Assembly (NCBI GenBank): GCA_963693365.1
Contig: CAVNZM010000002.1
Span: 6,275,943 to 6,339,942, forward strand
Reading direction: 5' to 3'
DNA from: Amoebidium appalachense
Taxonomy: Eukaryota > Protista > Ichthyosporea
Length of the DNA stretch: 64,000 nucleotides
Position numbers and translations under genes: made by a program. Below, piece by piece: positions 37,159 through 45,815 of this stretch; within the stretch, counting starts at the first letter, position 1; each line of letters starts with the position of its first letter. The notes under the pieces were generated by a model. The model was not told the origin of the DNA, ran no database searches, and saw only the letters and a list, made by a program, of their open reading frames with translations.

Positions 37159-40100
37159 TCACCATGCTCCACACAATGAGTCAATGTATCCGTGGAACGA
37201 TGCAAGGTCACCTCTGCGTTGGTGGAACTCTCGGATCTTGTCCGGGCAGGCTAAGTCTTTCTCACACTCCCAAGAGGTGAATGATTCATCTTTGCCTGCC
37301 CACTTGATCTGGTACCACTTGTAAGAGGTGGATTGCTTGCGCCGTTTCTGAATTCTTAAGTCAAGCACCTTTTCCACCACCCACTCGTCCGGCAGAACCT
37401 TGTTGAAATTGTGACTATCGCCCGTGTCCGGGAGGTGAGAGAGATCTTGAGGCCGAATTCTATTTTGCTCACTCAATTCAAGCTGAATATCGTCCACGTG
37501 CCACTTAGATTTCTTCATAGTTGCTAAGCTTCGGATCTCGTACGTGACCGGGCCGACCCTTTTGACGATTTCGTAACCCGTAATCCACCGTACATCCCAG
37601 GCACCGATATTTTTGGCTTGATTCCGAACACGAATCCGTGCACCCTTCTTAAATTCACGAGCCACCGAGGGGCCTGGGGGCTCTCGTACGGCACGTTGCT
37701 GGACCACAGCACGGAGCAGAGGCAGACGGGCTAGTAACTCTCGCCGGTATGCCTTCCACTCTGGGTCCTTGAGTGCCGGGTGGTTACTGCTAAGAAGGGC
37801 AACGTCAGGGAATTGTGTTGCTTCTTGCCCGTACACAAGATAATACGGTGTACATTGCAAAATTTTGTGTGTTGTTGTGTTGTATGCATGTGTAACCACC
37901 GGCAACAGAGTGTCCCAATTAGTGTGCTCATAATTAACGTACTTCGAGAGTGCATTATTAATAAATCTATGAGACCGTTCATTGGAACCGTTGCTTTGTG
38001 GGTGATATGCAGAGGTGCTCACTTGTGCAATATTTGCTATACGGCAAACCTCAACAATTAGCTCATTGAGAAATTCTGATCCTTGATCACTCAAGAGTGT
38101 ACGAGGGGGGCCGTGTATATAGCAAATCACATTCATGAGTGCATGTGCAACATTAACGGCATGCTTAGATTGGATGGGCACAGTGATTAAATACTTCGTT
38201 GCCATATCCATAAACACACAAATGAAAGTATTACCATTTTTCGTTTCTGTGAACGGACCCATAAGGTCAACAGAAACACGAGAGAACATTTTTAAATTTT
38301 CGTATCTCTGTTCAAATGGCCTACTTCTCAAGTGTGGGTTATCGTTACGGCCTTGGCACTGTGTGCAGGCATTCACATAAGCAGTGATATCTTTGTGCAT
38401 GCGTGGCCAATAGTAATTGTATAATCTTTCGTAAGTTCGTTCAATACCAATATGAGCCCCCCCGTCGTGCACACTTCTTAATAAATCAGCACGAAGGATT
38501 TCGGGCAAATATAGGCAACGACGACCATCCTTAGCCACATGATAAAGCACGTCATCCTCTATCACACACATTTGTGCTATTTTCTTAACCTTTTTGTATC
38601 CGAAATACTCAAGATTAAGACCCTGTGCAGCTCGTTCCCCCCCTGCCTGCCATTCCCGTTTGGCTTCGGCATCGAGGGAGGCAAGCCACCGGAGCCACGT
38701 GATTATATCCTTACACATTTTGTCCCCCCCCTGTGCAATCATAATTGCTTCCTTCTGATAGCCGGCACCACCGAGTGCAGAAAGGGAGGGCAGGCCGGCT
38801 TGACTGAGTGCAGAAATTTGTGCACATTTCAAGCGGTCTGGGTCGAAAATGTGTGTGAATTCGAGTGCATCACCCCAATCAACAAACACTTCGGCTGGTT
38901 TCGAGCTAAGCTCGGATAAATCTGCTGTGAGAACCTCTTGTAATTCCTTTTTCACATCCCACTTTTCCAGTGGTATGTTTTCGTTCTCATGCAGAATATA
39001 TCCTATACGGCTTAACCCATCAGCATCGTGCATGGTAGGGCCAGGACGGTAGTATAGATCGAAATCATACTCCTGCATTTCCAAAGCCCACCGTTGCATC
39101 CGTTCGTTTGCTATCCATTTGACACCTTTAAGAGAAAAACAGGGCTTATGGTCACTTTCCACAATAGTATTCACTCGACCATACACGTACAACCTAAACT
39201 CTTTCAGTGCCCAATAGATTGCATGCGTTTCTCGTTCGATGTTGCTCCACCTACGTTCGGTAGGTTGAAACATCCGGGAGGCATATGCCACCGTGCGGAA
39301 CTTGCCATCTTTTTGTTTTTGATACTGGCAAGCCCCTTCCGAGAACCGACTAGCATCACAACGAATAAGAAACTGACCCCCCGTGGGGGAAAGATCGGGC
39401 AGGGCAAGTACTTCCGCCGATAACGCCGATTTTAAATCTTTAAACGAGCGATCTAATTCGTCCGTCCATTTTAACCGTCGGTGCTTTTCTCCGTAACACT
39501 CGGCATTCATGGGCCGGGCTCGCTCTGCATAATTTAAAATGTGACGGCGGAGATACGAAGTAATACCCAGAAAACCCCGGAGTTGGTGTAGTGTGTTTGG
39601 TACCGGCCAATCTTTCACTGCCTGAACCTTTTTCGGGTCGGGCCGAATGCCATTCACACCTACAATCCAACCCAAAAACGGTATTTCCGTGAGCCCAATG
39701 TATGTCTTTGCCCCATCGAGCTTAACTCCATATTCACCGAGACGGGTGAAAAGTCGGTCAAGCTTCTGTATCAATTCTTTTTCGGTGTGTGCACCCACAG
39801 CTAAATCATCGGCATATACCACCACGTCATCGGCCAGAGGGGCCAAAATCTGTGTCATGATAGATGCTAGCTGGGACGGGGAAGTACTTAGCCCCTGTGG
39901 TGCCACACAATAACGATACTGCACACCAGCCACAGAGAATCCTGTTTTTTCACGTGACTCGGCGTCTAGCAGTATTTGGTAAAAGGCACCCGACATATCA
40001 GCTTTACAGAAATACTTATACCCAGCCAACTTTTCGATTTGTTGTTGCAAGTTGGGCATGGGCCAGGCAGATTTTCGAATTTTCTTGTTAAGAGCACGAA

Positions 40101-41013
40101 AATCAGTCAGCAGACGGTATTTTCCGTTTGGTTTTCGTATTACGAAGGTGGGTGAATTATACTGACTGTGTGCCTGTTCCATCTGCCCGCTACGACACAT
40201 ATCCTCTACGATCTCCTTTGCAGCCTGCTCTTTCACTTGTTCCAACCTCCACTGTTTTAATCGAATCGGTGGGTTATCTCCCGTGTCTATGTGCATGGTG
40301 AATCCTTTAATCTGAGGAAATTCGTCGGGGTCCGTAGTGATGAAGCAACGAGAGTGTGCTTCTAATAGTTTCTTAACATCCGGAAGCATACTCTGAGGCA
40401 CCCTATTCCAATCAAAACCGTGGGGAACCTGGCCGGCATCGTGTGCACCCCCCACCCGAAATTTCCGAAATTTTTCGCGGGGGGGTTTTTCGTGATCAAC
40501 GGCACACATTGATTGGTCGATCGGTGAGTGTATCGGACCGCCTCGTGTCCCACTCACATGCCCTTCGTGCCCACACATGTTATCGGTAGGCACCCGACCC
40601 GGTGGCACGGCCGGAGGTGAATCGGGTAGGCAACCTTCTCCACCCCCCGTTGCCCACCTGATGCACTGCGCTATTGCACCAACGACGGTTTGTGTACGAC
40701 TGGGGTGGGGTTCGGCTTGCAAAACACTCAGCTCGTGTATGTACTCATGTCGGCTCGTAGGAACGAAATGACCGATGGTACCGAACACGTTCAAATCCGG
40801 ACCCACACCATTTTCGCACACAACAGAAATAGATTTATCCACACTAATTTCACAGATGGTGGGGGGAAACTTATCTCGAAATTCACGAGTAGGCTCGAAG
40901 ATACCGAGGGTGCCAGCAGCAGCAGCAGCAGCAGTCACCTGCACCGTTGCACGTAATACACATCCGAAGCCAGATTTGACGGTGGTGTCGTGCTTGACGG
41001 TAACAGGACACAT
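37159..41013 (-). CDS. pol: Retrotransposon Pol: reverse transcriptase, RNase H, integrase, chromodomain (1284 aa from first ATG)
   Basis: RT: SPTFVIRKPNGKYRLLTDFRALN, APQGL, YADD. RNase H: CDAS, YASR, SDHKP. Integrase: HDGGAH..CTQC, VDLMGP, SDQGSEF, NERSH. Chromodomain: EWVVEKVLD..YQIKWAG...SWE. Confidence 0.96.
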   Translation of the reverse strand: MCPVTVKHDTTVKSGFGCVLRATVQVTAAAAAAGTLGIFEPTREFRDKFPPTICEISVDKSISVVCENGVGPDLNVFGTIGHFVPTSRHEYIHELSVLQAEPHPSRTQTVVGAIAQCIRWATGGGEGCLPDSPPAVPPGRVPTDNMCGHEGHVSGTRGGPIHSPIDQSMCAVDHEKPPREKFRKFRVGGAHDAGQVPHGFDWNRVPQSMLPDVKKLLEAHSRCFITTDPDEFPQIKGFTMHIDTGDNPPIRLKQWRLEQVKEQAAKEIVEDMCRSGQMEQAHSQYNSPTFVIRKPNGKYRLLTDFRALNKKIRKSAWPMPNLQQQIEKLAGYKYFCKADMSGAFYQILLDAESREKTGFSVAGVQYRYCVAPQGLSTSPSQLASIMTQILAPLADDVVVYADDLAVGAHTEKELIQKLDRLFTRLGEYGVKLDGAKTYIGLTEIPFLGWIVGVNGIRPDPKKVQAVKDWPVPNTLHQLRGFLGITSYLRRHILNYAERARPMNAECYGEKHRRLKWTDELDRSFKDLKSALSAEVLALPDLSPTGGQFLIRCDASRFSEGACQYQKQKDGKFRTVAYASRMFQPTERRWSNIERETHAIYWALKEFRLYVYGRVNTIVESDHKPCFSLKGVKWIANERMQRWALEMQEYDFDLYYRPGPTMHDADGLSRIGYILHENENIPLEKWDVKKELQEVLTADLSELSSKPAEVFVDWGDALEFTHIFDPDRLKCAQISALSQAGLPSLSALGGAGYQKEAIMIAQGGDKMCKDIITWLRWLASLDAEAKREWQAGGERAAQGLNLEYFGYKKVKKIAQMCVIEDDVLYHVAKDGRRCLYLPEILRADLLRSVHDGGAHIGIERTYERLYNYYWPRMHKDITAYVNACTQCQGRNDNPHLRSRPFEQRYENLKMFSRVSVDLMGPFTETKNGNTFICVFMDMATKYLITVPIQSKHAVNVAHALMNVICYIHGPPRTLLSDQGSEFLNELIVEVCRIANIAQVSTSAYHPQSNGSNERSHRFINNALSKYVNYEHTNWDTLLPVVTHAYNTTTHKILQCTPYYLVYGQEATQFPDVALLSSNHPALKDPEWKAYRRELLARLPLLRAVVQQRAVREPPGPSVAREFKKGARIRVRNQAKNIGAWDVRWITGYEIVKRVGPVTYEIRSLATMKKSKWHVDDIQLELSEQNRIRPQDLSHLPDTGDSHNFNKVLPDEWVVEKVLDLRIQKRRKQSTSYKWYQIKWAGKDESFTSWECEKDLACPDKIREFHQRRGDLASFHGYIDSLCGAW

Positions 41014-41019
41014 TGTGTA

Positions 41020-41035
41020 GGGGGTGTAGCTCAGC
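41020..41035 (-). other. Primer-binding-site position, non-canonical (GCTGAGCTACACCCCC)
   Basis: Directly abuts the 5' LTR end. The + strand reads GGGGGTGTAGCTCAGC, a tRNA 5'-end pattern (T8 A9 G10 C11 T12 C13 A14 G15). There is no TGG. Confidence 0.75.
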
Positions 41036-41289
41036 TGTTGTATAAAATGATCGTGTGTCCGTAACAAACAATATATTGTTAAATGAACGGGGTTGACTAG
41101 ACCACGCTTTGCTAAGTTACGTGCTAGTCCTACTTACACCTAGTAAGCCGAGCACACTGAGTGAGCTCTGAAGCCCCCGACATGCCCTTATATCGGAGCT
41201 CGCACAGCGGCTCAGACATGCGCATCGGTATGTCCTTTTTTGGCTACGAGAGCCAATCACATACGGTTCACGGTTCTGTTGTACCCATG
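41036..41289 (-). repeat. 5' LTR, inner part (U5/R/proximal U3); TATA-like ATATAA at 41193-41188
   Basis: Matches 36508-36756. It is interrupted at CATG by the YR element. Confidence 0.95.
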
Positions 41290-41589
41290 CCGGAGGCAAG
41301 ACTTCCCCTCACTCCCGTCGTGGCTCCCCGAGGTGACCGAGACAAAGAGAAGCAGAAATGCAAGTCAGTGAGGAATTTTATTATTGAATTTAGCCCTAAT
41401 AAATAACATCAATATCTGATCAGAAAACCCCCAAAACCCCCGGATAAACCCCCTAAGCCCCAGAACACCGTGTGTGTGTGCACACGTGTGTGTGTGTGTA
41501 TGTGTGTGTGTTTGTGTGTGTATGATAGGCTATTGAAGGAACAGCACTTCCAGCACACAATGGCCGAAAGAACCCCTTCATCTATCCAA
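41290..41589 (-). repeat. Split direct repeat B2 (300 bp)
   Basis: Matches 42075-42374 (CCGGAGGCAAGAC...CTATCCAA). Confidence 0.95.
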
Positions 41590-41610
41590 GGGTGCCAGTG
41601 GGAGGGAGGG

Positions 41611-42070
41611 AAGAGAAAGCAAGAGCAAACCGTAAGGCACCAACTAATCAGACTGAGGTCTCAGCTTCTGCCCCTTTACACAAGGTGCCACCAAACCAAG
41701 AAAACACCCAAACAGCCTAATTATTACCTTATCACGTTGCTCCCTCCCCTTTTTTCTTTTCACCTACACACTAGCTCTAAAAACAAGAACTGAACGAACG
41801 ACGCCCACAGCCAGCTCTACAAAGCTGGTGCGCGGCTCACTCACATTTTTAGAACAGTGGAAAAGCCACCAATCATATCACCTATCTACTGATAACTACG
41901 GATCACTTCATAACTATACCTGATCTATGTCCAATCACTAAAGATACATACGACTGAGCTTAACATTCTACCCGTTAGGGCCAATCAGCTTGCACCGCTA
42001 TGTAGCCGTTACCGCCGACTGACCGAACACGTGTCATCTCTCACCGCTGCCTCCTCCCGCTCGAGAACAA
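41611..42070 (-). repeat. Split direct repeat A2 (460 bp)
   Basis: Matches 47109-47568; one substitution was seen, near the GAGAACAA end. Confidence 0.95.
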
Positions 42071-42074
42071 CATG

Positions 42075-42374
42075 CCGGAGGCAAGACTTCCCCTCACTCC
42101 CGTCGTGGCTCCCCGAGGTGACCGAGACAAAGAGAAGCAGAAATGCAAGTCAGTGAGGAATTTTATTATTGAATTTAGCCCTAATAAATAACATCAATAT
42201 CTGATCAGAAAACCCCCAAAACCCCCGGATAAACCCCCTAAGCCCCAGAACACCGTGTGTGTGTGCACACGTGTGTGTGTGTGTATGTGTGTGTGTTTGT
42301 GTGTGTATGATAGGCTATTGAAGGAACAGCACTTCCAGCACACAATGGCCGAAAGAACCCCTTCATCTATCCAA
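42075..42374 (-). repeat. Split direct repeat B1 (300 bp)
   Basis: Matches 41290-41589. Confidence 0.95.
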
Positions 42375-42459
42375 ACCTACCCTACTTGTTTTTATTTTGT
42401 GATTGTGTTTTTTAAATAATGTGTGTTGGGTGTGTGTGTAGAACTTCAGCCTATAGCTG

Positions 42460-43236
42460 CTAATCGTGCGTAATCATGTGTGGCCTACGGGCCAAGGATT
42501 TTGCCTGGGCTGACAGATGAGCGGGCATTGAAATTGCCAGGAGCATGGCCTTGTTCGTGTCAATGTAGTGGTTGAAAGGCGTCGTGAAAGTACGCCACCG
42601 ACCATTGATACGAATTTGCTCATAGTCCTCCCCTCTGAGTGCTGCTGTGGAGGCTGCCCCGTGCCGTGTGCTGTACAATGAGAAGTCGCTATCCAGGCCC
42701 ACAGCCGTCAGACTCTGTTGCATACGAGTTGCGACCAGCGATGGTGTGTACCCAGGATGAAACAGAGGGTCGGATGGGCGGGAGCCATGGGGAAAAGCAC
42801 CCACTGCCATGAGCTTCTGCAGCAAATGCAAGCACACTGGATCACGGATCACCACCATCTGATGATTGCCCGTTTTGGACCGTGGAAGAAGCAACACTGC
42901 ACTGCCCGCTGGAACATTGATTTCAATCAACCGTGGATCATTCGGAGGAATGAAATCTGCCACCGTGCGCCGCGAGAGCTCCCCCGGCCGGGTGTAGGTT
43001 GCGAATGACATACACAGATAGAGTGCTACGTGCGGCATCTTGTATTCCCACAGAGCCGACACTGCCAAAATCATGTAGTCGTAGGGGAGTGGTCTGTGGT
43101 GATTGGTCGGGTTAGCATGGTCCCACCCCCTTAGGACCCTGGCCGACAGGACCAAGGAGTCCTTGCACTGGGGATAGAAATGGTGGATGGCTGACAGCAC
43201 CGTCTTGCAGTGGGCGAGCCCGCTGCGGGTCTCCCC
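42460..43236 (-). CDS. Tyrosine recombinase catalytic domain (frame open from ~43250; probably continuous with RT/RH)
   Basis: YTRPGEL, RSKTG, LYSTRHGAAS, NGRWRT and HYI give the R-K-(H/Y)xxR-W-Y catalytic set. Confidence 0.9.
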   Translation of the reverse strand, partial: GETRSGLAHCKTVLSAIHHFYPQCKDSLVLSARVLRGWDHANPTNHHRPLPYDYMILAVSALWEYKMPHVALYLCMSFATYTRPGELSRRTVADFIPPNDPRLIEINVPAGSAVLLLPRSKTGNHQMVVIRDPVCLHLLQKLMAVGAFPHGSRPSDPLFHPGYTPSLVATRMQQSLTAVGLDSDFSLYSTRHGAASTAALRGEDYEQIRINGRWRTFTTPFNHYIDTNKAMLLAISMPAHLSAQAKSLARRPHMITHD

Positions 43237-45815
43237 AACTCTTCGTACATGTCAGCTGCATAGCTCGCAAGCATGTTATCCACCTGCTCTACCGACTGGA
43301 AGGTGCTCACCCCATCTTCCACACACCACGCTACGAATTTGTTCAAGGCGTTGTCGTATTTCGCCACTGTGGGAGCCGTGACATTGAGATTGAGCATATG
43401 CGTGATTTTTGCAGAGGGGACGACGTCACGTGACGGCATGTCTGCTGGATTGTGGGCAGAAGGGACCCACACCCACGCCGGTCGAAGTGCGGCTGCACAC
43501 ACAAGTGCTGCCACTCGCCGGCACAGATGATTTAGCCGTCGTGAACTCGATCTACCCTTGGCCACCGCAAACAACAAAGATGTGTTGTCGATGAGATGAG
43601 CTACTCTGGTGCCGTGATTTTGTGGTGCTCGCGTGAAACGTCGTAGTGATAATAGCAGCGCATGCCCCTCGAGGATGGTGATGTGATCTTCGTGCCGCCA
43701 CGGAGTAGATATCGGATGGTGCCACTGCAGACCGTCAACTACTTTTAGAAAAGAGTCGTCGGTCGTGGGGTGGTTCGTGCTGTCGTTACATTCATCGGCC
43801 GAAAGGGCGTTAATCACGAGCTCACCGGTGTCGTCCACAGGCCCCAAGAAGGAATAACCGGGTCTGGACACCGACTGTGCTAATGCCGTCAACGATTGCT
43901 CAGCCGTAACGGACGCAATAGAAACACCTGCTCCCTTGGTGGACGCATCTGATGCCAACAGAAGAGAGGCGGGAGCAGCCGTCAAATCACACACAATGAG
44001 AGGTGCCAAATCCACCAACAGGGTCAACTCCCCCTTGACTGCAGAGGGGATTGGGCATGCCGTTAGTGGACATTGGCCGGCTGACAACGCAAACTGATAA
44101 CTTGCCTCTAACACAGAAAATAAAGCTCTATTCAAAAGCAACAACCATGCCCAGCCCCCAAGCAAACGAGATAACGCCCGTGGAGCCACCTCCCGCATGA
44201 ACAGAACCGCCTTTGTGTCGGCTAGTAGCCGCGCCAACCGTGATGCATCCGGTCGAATAACACCGTCCCGTCCAATAGCCAACCCGAGTGCTACGGTCTC
44301 CGGGTGGTCGCGTGACGCCGTGACCGTTTTGGACGGTTTTATTTCGAATCCGTGTGTCTCTCCAGCGCGCCCGGCTGCCGTCATCTCGGAATTTACAGTA
44401 GATTCCTCCAACCCAACCCCCACCCAATCATCCACGTAGATCAAATGTGCCGTATCCGATTGGTCGGTAATGGAATATGCCGGTGAAGAATTCGATTGGA
44501 TGCATCGTTCGATACGTAAAGGCGGGTGCGTGATGTGCTGGTGAGAACGTTGGGCGACAAACGGTGCCCATTTCCAGCCCATCGGCATAGACAACACCCG
44601 CGGATACACCAACCTATCGACACCCGGCAGTCCCACTGCTGAAGACGAAACCGGCGGAAGCCCTTGGTACCAAGACAGCCAGTCTGGCACCCGAAAACGG
44701 TGGTAGAAATTCGAAAAATCGTACTTGGCCACCACCACCGCTGCGTCCTTCGGAACAATGATACTACACAAATCTGCCGGACTGGGAAAATTCGGATTGG
44801 GCGGGTCTATCATGACTGCATTCATGGGGCGAGCATCCATGATAAGACGGTCTTCCTTCTCATCTTTCTCCACCGCAAATAAACCATTGATAATCTTTAG
44901 GGGCTCCGAAATTTCTGAAAAAGCAACCATACCACAAACATACATACGCTTAGCCAATATAGGCCACTCCGCAGGCGACGCAAATGCATGGACAGGACGC
45001 CCGGGCAAAGGGTGGGCTCCTTCGGCACCCTCAGTGGTGCTCTCAGTTGCCAACACGCCCCCAAGCCCGCAAACTCCGTGACCGTTCGGCTGTCCGACCG
45101 CGTCACCCGTGCGATTTGACGCCACCACCAACACGTTTGGCTTCTCCATCATCTCCTTGAGGTCAGGTGGAAGGACCTCTAGGAGCGGAACTGTTGCCCC
45201 AAACCCCTCAGGAGGAAGGGCAATACGCTCAGCAACTATGGGGGTGAAGGCTTTTGAGTGATTGAAATATGGGAAAGATTCAGACACAGCCGCTAAGGGG
45301 ACATTGCTGATCCTGCGGCGCATATCCGCGCAAAAAACGAAAATTCGCTGAATGGATTGTGTCTGTGCCGGTGAGGGTGCATGAGAAAAATGCGTGGATT
45401 TAGGAAAAGGCGTGGGAAAAAAGTGTGTGCTGGTAGGAGGGGAAAATGTTGAAAAGTGTGTGTGATTCTGGGAAGAGGTGTCGTGCATGTTGTGCCAAAC
45501 ATCGTTCCTAGGAGATTCTACCGAGCCAGGTGGCCCATTATACAACGTGTTGATTGCAGCTATGGTTCTATTAACCAACTTTAACACAGCAAATCTCTTG
45601 TTGAACCTCCCACGTCTTCTTGGAGAGGCCAACCTAACACCATCAAGCAACAGCGGGACTACAAAAAGGGGAAGTGGAAGTAAATCATTAGACACATGGG
45701 GAAACAAGCCTGGCTCAGCCGCGCCCGTGACGCCCTCACCAGGGGTACTAACATGGGGGGCTACGGGCTCACCGGTGTACCACTTCCGAGAGCCCACCCC
45801 CGACACACCACTCAT
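43131..45815 (-). CDS. DIRS-order reverse transcriptase / RNase H (894 aa) ending in a YR N-terminal-like segment
   Basis: LFAVEK..DRLIMDARPMN, YDFSNFYHRF, MPMGWKWAP, IYVDD. RNase H: SDASTKGAG, HITILE, DNTS, WVPSAHNPADMPSR. No methyltransferase domain is seen. Confidence 0.93.
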   Translation of the reverse strand: MSGVSGVGSRKWYTGEPVAPHVSTPGEGVTGAAEPGLFPHVSNDLLPLPLFVVPLLLDGVRLASPRRRGRFNKRFAVLKLVNRTIAAINTLYNGPPGSVESPRNDVWHNMHDTSSQNHTHFSTFSPPTSTHFFPTPFPKSTHFSHAPSPAQTQSIQRIFVFCADMRRRISNVPLAAVSESFPYFNHSKAFTPIVAERIALPPEGFGATVPLLEVLPPDLKEMMEKPNVLVVASNRTGDAVGQPNGHGVCGLGGVLATESTTEGAEGAHPLPGRPVHAFASPAEWPILAKRMYVCGMVAFSEISEPLKIINGLFAVEKDEKEDRLIMDARPMNAVMIDPPNPNFPSPADLCSIIVPKDAAVVVAKYDFSNFYHRFRVPDWLSWYQGLPPVSSSAVGLPGVDRLVYPRVLSMPMGWKWAPFVAQRSHQHITHPPLRIERCIQSNSSPAYSITDQSDTAHLIYVDDWVGVGLEESTVNSEMTAAGRAGETHGFEIKPSKTVTASRDHPETVALGLAIGRDGVIRPDASRLARLLADTKAVLFMREVAPRALSRLLGGWAWLLLLNRALFSVLEASYQFALSAGQCPLTACPIPSAVKGELTLLVDLAPLIVCDLTAAPASLLLASDASTKGAGVSIASVTAEQSLTALAQSVSRPGYSFLGPVDDTGELVINALSADECNDSTNHPTTDDSFLKVVDGLQWHHPISTPWRHEDHITILEGHALLLSLRRFTRAPQNHGTRVAHLIDNTSLLFAVAKGRSSSRRLNHLCRRVAALVCAAALRPAWVWVPSAHNPADMPSRDVVPSAKITHMLNLNVTAPTVAKYDNALNKFVAWCVEDGVSTFQSVEQVDNMLASYAADMYEELGRPAAGSPTARRCCQPSTISIPSARTPWSCRPGS

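Noticed and set aside
40270-40300. DTG in pol as an aspartic protease active site
   Set aside because: HIDTGDNPPI is the conserved segment just before gypsy RT and lacks the protease context (hydrophobic-D-T/S-G-A and a downstream ILG motif).
41020-41095. Full tRNA gene
   Set aside because: Only the first 15-18 nt are tRNA-like. The sequence then continues as LTR with no anticodon arm or T-arm (no GTTCRA).
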